Shown piece after piece: positions 57,878 to 64,000 of a stretch of 64,000 nt of DNA (position 1 is the first letter of the stretch; each line of letters opens with the position of its first letter). The notes under the pieces were generated by a model, which saw only the letters and a program-made list of their open reading frames with translations, had not been told where the DNA came from and searched no databases. Location of the stretch: the NCBI GenBank assembly GCA_947625515.1, contig CANQOO010000005.1, positions 24,576-88,575 on the forward strand, written 5' to 3'. Origin of the DNA: an uncultured Clostridia bacterium (lineage in GTDB: Bacteria; Bacillota; Clostridia; Christensenellales; UBA1242). The translations under genes were made by a program, and so were the position numbers.

Positions 57878-58848
57878 ATTGCCAATGATAGGTAAAATAT
57901 GGAGTTTAAAATTTCTAATATTTCCTTAAAAAAGCAAATGCGAAATGCTTTTTGCTTTCTTCCATAGGTCTTCATTTTCTCAATTTCATCATGCTGTTTT
58001 CCAAGTTCCAAAGCAGTTTGAATTGTCTTATTTCCAAGCCTTCTAAACATATCTTCTTTGTAGTGAATTCCATCATTCGCATATCTTTGTTTTTTCCAAG
58101 TTTGCATTTCGGCAAGTTTTTCATTGTAGTTCAAATATGATTTCCAAGTCTGCTCGTTGTGGACTAAAAACCATTCTGTCGTCTCGTCTATTTTCTTTTT
58201 CAGTGGCAGCATATTTTCGCTATCATAGCCAAGCCTTCCAGATTTTGGCAACTCTTTGTAAAGTTCCAACAGCATCTCTTTTGCAAATTTTTCTATATTG
58301 TCCAAAGTTTCCATGTTCAAAGTAAATTTATTATTGGATAGTTCGTCTTTTGCAGTGTCAATAATGTCTTGTGAAATCTCTTTATAATGAGTTTCAAACC
58401 AATATGTTTTAACAAATTTTTTGTCATGCGTAAGATAAAAAGCAAAGTGTTTGTGTGTTGTTGCCATAAATTGCGTTAGCGCACTTCTTGTCATGTTGTG
58501 CTTTTTGGCAATATCGCTCATTCGCATATCGAGTATGTATCGTTCTCTCATAATTTCTTGTTGAAGTGGAGTTAGGTTTTTCGCCACAGCCCAAATAACT
58601 TCGGCGAAAATTTTATCTTCGACCTCTTTTTCAACATCTACATTTGGATCTGCGATTGTTTCTTCAAAAGTTATCTCGTCATCATCTTCAAAAATGCTGT
58701 TATTAAAACTGCGTTCATAAAATCTGGCTTTTAGCATAAGCCTTCGCCATTTTCTGTCGGCCGCCCAAAGATAGCGTGCAACTGCTTCGCTGACCTCAAC
58801 ATCAACGATTTGCCCATGTATTCTATCTCTGTATTTTATCCAAACCAC
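57874..58848 (-). CDS. Hypothetical protein with sigma-70 region-4-like HTH (phage/ICE regulator-like)
   Basis: ...NLTPLQQEIMRERYILDMRMSDIAKKHNMTRSALTQFM.... GTG start in the track; the start is uncertain. Confidence 0.4.
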   Translation of the reverse strand: MVWIKYRDRIHGQIVDVEVSEAVARYLWAADRKWRRLMLKARFYERSFNNSIFEDDDEITFEETIADPNVDVEKEVEDKIFAEVIWAVAKNLTPLQQEIMRERYILDMRMSDIAKKHNMTRSALTQFMATTHKHFAFYLTHDKKFVKTYWFETHYKEISQDIIDTAKDELSNNKFTLNMETLDNIEKFAKEMLLELYKELPKSGRLGYDSENMLPLKKKIDETTEWFLVHNEQTWKSYLNYNEKLAEMQTWKKQRYANDGIHYKEDMFRRLGNKTIQTALELGKQHDEIEKMKTYGRKQKAFRICFFKEILEILNSIFYLSLAI

Positions 58849-58958
58849 AAATCCATTTTAACACAAAAACAATTAAAAATCTTGCATTTGTGACAACATT
58901 CTTTGTCGATTATTGTAGAAGTCCAAATTTTTGGACTTGTTTGAAACTGATTTTTTTT

Positions 58959-59792
58959 CTAATCTGCACTATCTTTGTTGTCCAACAACAAATGATTGCT
59001 TGTTTGACTTAATACTCTCAGTTGAGATTTGGCCATATTGTTCAGTTGCACAAGCCTTTCGCTTTGTGGGACTTTTTGTTCAATTAAAATGGCGTTATAA
59101 CTTTCCATATTTGCAATAACAAGTAATTGTTCTATTGTCGCATAATCTCTTATGTTGCCTTTAAGATTTGGATTTTCGGTTTTCCACTCGCCAGCAGTCT
59201 TTCCAAAAAGTGCAACATTCAAAACATCTGCTTCGTTAGCATAAACAAAATTGATTTGATTTTTTGTTAGAGTTGGCACAATCAAATTCTCTTTGATAGC
59301 ATCTGTATGTATGTGATAGTTAAGTTTTGCAAGCTCGCGCTTTGCGTTCCACTCCAATTCTTTTTGTTCTGCAATCTTTAAGCGCTGAAATTCCATATTC
59401 AAATACAATTCAAATTCAACGGAAATCCAACTAGCAAATTTTAGTGCAATATCTCTATGGGCATAAGTTCCGCCATACCTACCACTTTTAGAAATTAAAC
59501 CTATTGCGTTAGTTTTTTCAGTCCATTCTTGCGCGGTTAAAACAAAAGCATTTTCTCCTGCTTGATTTTTAATGTTACCGAATTCGGTAACTTTAAAATT
59601 TGGATTATGCAAAGTTTCCCACAAACCCAAATATTGAATTGTAGAAAAATTCCTTAACCAATGAATTATAACTAAACCAGAATGCTCTGGATTTTTTGCT
59701 TTTGCCATATCTGTTAAGCAAATATAATCATCATCATTGATGTTGGTATATCTAACATTTAAACCTTGAACAACAATTTCGTTTTTTGTCAT
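58959..59792 (-). CDS. KilA-N domain DNA-binding protein
   Basis: ...ICLTDMAKAKN......WLRN..T..YL..WE........AQEW......GLISKSGRYGGTYAHRDIALKFASWIS... Confidence 0.7.
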   Translation of the reverse strand: MTKNEIVVQGLNVRYTNINDDDYICLTDMAKAKNPEHSGLVIIHWLRNFSTIQYLGLWETLHNPNFKVTEFGNIKNQAGENAFVLTAQEWTEKTNAIGLISKSGRYGGTYAHRDIALKFASWISVEFELYLNMEFQRLKIAEQKELEWNAKRELAKLNYHIHTDAIKENLIVPTLTKNQINFVYANEADVLNVALFGKTAGEWKTENPNLKGNIRDYATIEQLLVIANMESYNAILIEQKVPQSERLVQLNNMAKSQLRVLSQTSNHLLLDNKDSAD

Positions 59793-59880
59793 ATCAAACT
59801 CCTTTGATAGTATTATAGCAAAGTTTGGTAATATTTCAAACTGTTATTTCTTGCTATTTTGTATATTTTTACTTCTGCAA

Positions 59881-60129
59881 TCATTTTTCGTCTATATCTA
59901 ATTTTTCAAAATCAAAATAATCACTATCAAAAAATTCTGACATCGACATTCCTAACGCACGAATAATAAGCGCCATGTTTTTGAAATTTGGTGTTTGATA
60001 TTTGCAAGTCAAAATGTCGGTCATTGTGCTTTGATATAAGCCTGTTTCTTGTGCCAATTTATACTGTGTCATGTTCTTTGCTTTCAACACTTCTTTAACT
60101 CTCAACGCAAAAGCCTTATTTAGTTTCAT
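59881..60129 (-). CDS. XRE-family HTH transcriptional regulator
   Basis: LKAKNMTQYKLAQETGLYQSTMTDILTCK. Confidence 0.8.
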   Translation of the reverse strand: MKLNKAFALRVKEVLKAKNMTQYKLAQETGLYQSTMTDILTCKYQTPNFKNMALIIRALGMSMSEFFDSDYFDFEKLDIDEK

Positions 60130-60217
60130 AATTCGTTCTCCTTATTTCGTTTTTCACGATATAACCATTTTAGCCGACATATCGCGATAAACTATTTAAG
60201 GTTTTCCCGAATTTTCG

Positions 60218-60246
60218 TTGATTATTCTGGAAAAGTGTAGTATATT
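60218..60246 (+). promoter_or_regulatory. Candidate promoter of the DUF1273 gene in the divergent XRE/DUF1273 region
   Basis: TTGATT-17 nt-TATATT. An upstream 6-bp inverted repeat (cgatat-N16-atatcg at about 60147-60174) is a possible operator. Confidence 0.45.
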
Positions 60247-60284
60247 ATATAGGGAAAGGCCGAATTTTTATTTTGGAGTGAATT

Positions 60285-60785
60285 ATGAAATCAAACACTT
60301 GCTGTTTTACAGGACATAGGCTTCAAAAGTTGCCATGGGGATTTAATGAAAATAGCATTGATTGTATTGCTATGAAAGAAATTGCTAAAATTGAAATACA
60401 AAACGCCATTATCAACTATGGCATTACACACTTCATTTCTGGCATGGCAATAGGCTTTGATATGATTGCAGCCGAACTTGTTTTGGAGTTGAAAAAAGAC
60501 TATCCGTTCATTACTTTGGAGTGTGCGATACCCTGTAAAGAGCAAGACAAACTTTAGCGGCAAGAACAAAAAGAAAGATATAGAAAAATCTTGTCACAAG
60601 CGGACAAAGTGACTTTTGTTAGTGATAGGCCATATTTTGACGGTTGTATGCAGAAAAGAAATAAATATATGATTGACAATTCTTCTGTGCTTATAGCACT
60701 TTTCAATGGCAAGCCCGGTGGCACAAAAATCACAATAGATTACGCAAAGCAACAAGGGCATGAAATTTTAACTATCGAGCCATAA
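60285..60785 (+). pseudogene. DUF1273 (SLOG/YoqJ-like) protein interrupted by an in-frame TAG at 60555-60557
   Basis: CCFTGHR...GMAIGFDMIAAE...PC.EQDKL[TAG]RQEQKERYRKIL...KPGGTKITIDYAKQQG. Both halves share one frame. Family members have Trp (TGG) at this position, as I recall. Confidence 0.65.
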
Positions 60786-60837
60786 ATAATTCACACAAAA
60801 GGGGGAGATGTCTCTTTAATACAAAATAGTAATTAAA

Positions 60838-60863
60838 AAGACTGAGTTAAATTGCCCAGTCTT
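60838..60863. terminator. Convergent hairpin terminator
   Basis: aagactg-agttaaattgcc-cagtctt. Confidence 0.55.
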
Positions 60864-60867
60864 TAAT

Positions 60868-63813
60868 TTATTTCCACCACTGTTTTTTCCTATGTCTAAC
60901 AATAGCAAAAACAATCCATCCAACAAGTAAAGCAGGAGCCGGAACAATGATTGCGAGCCAAATCAAACTGCCTGATTTTGGATCATTTTGTGGCACCGGC
61001 GAGATAATTTCAAAGTAAATTTCCTTTGTCTTATAGTTTTCAGCATCTTTACCGATATAAATTGCTTTTGCCCTCATTCTGCCGGCTGTTATCTCAAGAT
61101 CTCCATTTTCCCAAATAAAGTCGTCTGGAAGTTGTATATCAGACAATTTTGCAACCGCGTGGTCAAGTCGAATAGTTGTATTTTCTACAATAGGCTTTTC
61201 TGCTTTTGAAATCGTGAACACAAGTTCTTTTGTGCCTGTATAATCATTTATACCTTTAACAATAACGCTTGCTTGCCCAGCAACGATGTTATTTTCATAC
61301 TCTATTTCAAAATCGGTGCCCTTTACAAGGTCAAATATTCCATCTTTTGCAATTATATGTGGTGTTTTTTCTTGTCCGTCATACACAAAAGAAGTTGCAT
61401 CAAGCCTTAGCTCTGTTATTGAAGCAATTTCCAACTGAGGCTCTCGAATTATCGTTATGTTCAGCTTGGTGTTTATATAATTATCTATATCCTGTCCTGT
61501 GTAAATTGCTATAGTTTGGAAGTTATCACTATTCAATTCAGCATCTGGCGTTTGCCATGCCCAATTATTGCAACTTAACAAAACTTGATTCAAATTTTTA
61601 ATTCTTCTGCTAACTTTAATAGTACTATTTGGTATTTCTGCAGGCCAATCAGCCTGTTTTATCACAAATGTTTGGCGTGCCTGACCATAATAGCAACCCA
61701 TTCCGTTGACAAAAATCGTGGCGCTGCCTGCATTTATGTTGTCTTGGTAGTCTAAGGTGTAGTCGACGCCTTGATATAACTCGACATTTTCAAGCCTAAC
61801 TTTCACGTCTGGCACTATTGCCGAGCCTGTGTAAACATAATTCCCAACAACATCCACCTGAGCAGCCGAAATATCCATCTTTGTTGATGGAGTCTGGTCA
61901 ACCTTGTAAATTTGAAGGCTGCAAGTTGTGGTCTGATAAAATTCTTTATCCTCCCCAATGTAGGTCATTGTCACCTGAGTATATCCATTTTGAAGTGGTT
62001 GATTTTCATTTTCCCACTTCCAGTCTGTTGGCGGCGGAATATCTTTCAAATATTTTTTTTCGCTGTAGACATTTATCGTGTCGCTTGTCGCTCCTGGTGG
62101 ATATTTTGCCTTTGCAACCTCAAAATAAGTGGTTCGCGTGCCATTATATGCACCATTGCCTTGAATAGTTATTTCTGCTCTCCCAGGCGAAGTAATGTTT
62201 TGAATTTTTAAGCTATAATCTTCTCCATTTGTAAGCAACTGCCCGTCTAAAAGCACATCGATTTTTTCTGGCCTTGTTTCCTTACCCTTTTCATAGTACA
62301 CAAGCCTATTTGGTATTTCGACTCTGGCATATTTCAGGTCATTGTACGAATCGGTTTCTCGAGGAATTGTATTTGTTATCGCTCTAATTTTTGCCGCTCT
62401 TTTGTCAGCCCCACTATCGGCATAAAAATCGCTGTTTTTGAAGTTGACCCACTGCTGTCCCTGAAGATAATAGGTCATATCATTAGTTGAATATTTGTCG
62501 ACCGAACAGTTGACGGGAACGGAAACGCCATTTGCTCTTTTGCATCTTATAACAATTGAAAAATATTCACCTTGCTCAATGTCTATGTTCCTCTCTAGGT
62601 CTATCGTGTGCATTCCGCTCCACTCGATATGTGCGTTCATATCTAAAACTGGCTCGCCTTGCTCTGGTATGTTGATTTTGTCATTAACATTGCCTGGATT
62701 TGCCTTCAAATCTTTGTAAATCTTAACATTGACATCCAAGTTGTCTTCTGGCACGGATATTGCGACCGCTTTTAACTGTTCCTGCTTGGTCGGGCTTGAG
62801 AGTTTTGCTTCATAAATAGCCGCTTGAGCCTGACCGGCGCTTTTCATCATGCTTATTGTCACATCTCCGTCATAGTGATAAATATTTTGATAGTCTTTTG
62901 CCATTGCCAAATCTATCACATACAGGCCGCCGATAGACAAGTCATATGAAATATAATAAAAGCCCTTCTCTTTTCCAGATTCTCCCCAACTGTTTTTGAT
63001 TATCCATGCTCCGTCATTTTTTGGCTGCTTTGGACTAAAAGTTGAGCTCTTCACACTGTCATCCCAGCCCACTATAATGGACGTATGGTTGGAACTTGCC
63101 GTTGGGTCGTAATATTTATCGCTAGATGGGGCACTATAATTAAATGTGACAGCGCCATACTGCAAGATTGCACGCTTGATTGCCGTTTCGCTATCGGATA
63201 TGCCATGATAACTTTGAACATAATATTTGGACTGTTCAAGTTTGCTTTTTATTGTGTTTTCATCAATAGACTGATGAAATGAATTCTCCTTCACAAGTGA
63301 GTAGCCTTGCGTCATAACTGAAAATGCACTTGCCGCACCTGTATCGCCTTGATTCCATCTTCCATAATCATATGTGTCATCTGTGGTCAAAAGTAGTGGG
63401 TCTTGCTTGCCGTCACGAGTATGACGAGCGTATGCGACTATTGTTTCATCAAGGTCAAGATTTTTCTGCGACGCATCTATGTCTATTCCTTCGCGCAAAA
63501 TGCTTGCTTCCACTGCCCCGACTGCCGCAAATGCCCAGCAAGTGTTTTTTTGATATTGATTTCTTACAGGCGTTATGTAATCGTATTCTCTTCCATCAAA
63601 TTTATCAAGTGCTGTTGCCCAATGATCAAGTTGCCCATCGCTTGCCTTTTGAAGCTCAGTCAAGTCCTGTGGCGAAGCGTCTTTGAAAACCTCAACTTCC
63701 TGTGCAGATGCACTCGCAAATAAATTTGCTTGATAATTAAAAGAAAAAACACCCATGCCTAGTGAGAGAAAAGCCACTGCACAAAAAATTACAATAGAAA
63801 TATATTTTTTCAT
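60868..63813 (-). CDS. Surface-anchored papain-like (C1 family) cysteine peptidase with Ig-like/MBG-type repeats and C-terminal TM tail
   Basis: Signal peptide MKKYISIVIFCAVAFLSLG. The catalytic motif QYQKNTCWAFAAVGA lies at complement about 63527-63558. Repeats follow. The tail is PVPQNDPKSGSLIWLAIIVPAPALLVGWIVFAIVRHRKKQWWK. Confidence 0.8.
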   Translation of the reverse strand: MKKYISIVIFCAVAFLSLGMGVFSFNYQANLFASASAQEVEVFKDASPQDLTELQKASDGQLDHWATALDKFDGREYDYITPVRNQYQKNTCWAFAAVGAVEASILREGIDIDASQKNLDLDETIVAYARHTRDGKQDPLLLTTDDTYDYGRWNQGDTGAASAFSVMTQGYSLVKENSFHQSIDENTIKSKLEQSKYYVQSYHGISDSETAIKRAILQYGAVTFNYSAPSSDKYYDPTASSNHTSIIVGWDDSVKSSTFSPKQPKNDGAWIIKNSWGESGKEKGFYYISYDLSIGGLYVIDLAMAKDYQNIYHYDGDVTISMMKSAGQAQAAIYEAKLSSPTKQEQLKAVAISVPEDNLDVNVKIYKDLKANPGNVNDKINIPEQGEPVLDMNAHIEWSGMHTIDLERNIDIEQGEYFSIVIRCKRANGVSVPVNCSVDKYSTNDMTYYLQGQQWVNFKNSDFYADSGADKRAAKIRAITNTIPRETDSYNDLKYARVEIPNRLVYYEKGKETRPEKIDVLLDGQLLTNGEDYSLKIQNITSPGRAEITIQGNGAYNGTRTTYFEVAKAKYPPGATSDTINVYSEKKYLKDIPPPTDWKWENENQPLQNGYTQVTMTYIGEDKEFYQTTTCSLQIYKVDQTPSTKMDISAAQVDVVGNYVYTGSAIVPDVKVRLENVELYQGVDYTLDYQDNINAGSATIFVNGMGCYYGQARQTFVIKQADWPAEIPNSTIKVSRRIKNLNQVLLSCNNWAWQTPDAELNSDNFQTIAIYTGQDIDNYINTKLNITIIREPQLEIASITELRLDATSFVYDGQEKTPHIIAKDGIFDLVKGTDFEIEYENNIVAGQASVIVKGINDYTGTKELVFTISKAEKPIVENTTIRLDHAVAKLSDIQLPDDFIWENGDLEITAGRMRAKAIYIGKDAENYKTKEIYFEIISPVPQNDPKSGSLIWLAIIVPAPALLVGWIVFAIVRHRKKQWWK

Positions 63814-63862
63814 TTGTCCCTTTTTATATTATAAAAAGTTTTTTTTCAAAAGTCAAAGTTTA

Positions 63863-64000
63863 TTATAATCCTTTCCACCATTTGTTTTTCCTACGCCTTA
63901 TAATTGCATAAACCGCCCATCCGACAAGCAAAGCTGCAACAGGGACTACGATTGCAAGCCATATCAAATTGTTCGTTTCAGGCTCGTTTTGTGGCACCGG
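63863..64000 (-). CDS. C-terminal end of another large surface protein with the same tail (N-terminus beyond window)
   Basis: Manual translation gives PVPQNEPETNNLIWLAIVVPVAALLVGWAVYAIIRRRKNKWWKGL*, with the stop at complement 63863-63865. Confidence 0.65.
   Translation of the reverse strand, partial: PVPQNEPETNNLIWLAIVVPVAALLVGWAVYAIIRRRKNKWWKGL

Larger units (their letters stand above)
56964..60863. mobile_element. Decayed integrative element (prophage/ICE remnant) abutting the tRNA-Thr(GGT) 3' end; right boundary not defined
   Basis: It holds a tRNA-proximal broken tyrosine integrase, a KilA-N protein, an XRE repressor-like gene, a sigma/HTH-like gene and DUF1273 with a nonsense codon. 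AT-rich by eye. Confidence 0.5.

Noticed and set aside
60555-60557. TAG recoding (pyrrolysine or reassignment)
   Set aside because: TAG terminates other genes in the window (for example at 14760, 51125 and 52840). A single TGG-to-TAG mutation in a decaying element is the simpler explanation.

Overview
This 64-kb window looks like a chromosomal segment of a low-GC, endospore-forming Firmicutes (Clostridia-like) bacterium. Evidence is gpr, ytfJ/gerW, a dacB-type PBP, and secG-rnr-smpB-ssrA synteny as in Bacillus. Most genes are on the minus strand. The housekeeping backbone includes S1, plsC, rluB, murI, rpsT, ung, rmuC, alaS, tsaD, prfB (with its programmed +1 frameshift), a Ca-type P-type ATPase, rnr, smpB, tmRNA and pyk, plus five tRNAs. 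Several accessory patches interrupt it. (1) Three tandem paralogous secreted-protein genes (51.1-56.2 kb) each have their own promoter. Each carries an identical G9 tract at codons 6-9 that puts all three out of frame by the same single base. I rank this as the top candidate: a homopolymer phase switch or programmed slippage. (2) A six-copy, 66-bp structured tandem array (6.25-6.65 kb) sits beside low-GC HD and Nudix genes and a translationally coupled radical-SAM/DUF488/DUF1848 cassette. A shared 32-bp palindromic promoter motif occurs nearby. (3) Giant surface proteases (M60-like at the left edge, papain-like C1 at the right edge) share Ig/MBG-type stalk repeats and a VPxxxP-TM-basic C-terminal tail. 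(4) A decayed integrative element lies next to tRNA-Thr(GGT). (5) Orphan 5' tRNA halves sit directly upstream of intact tRNAs at three loci. All calls come from manual reading; no searches were run.
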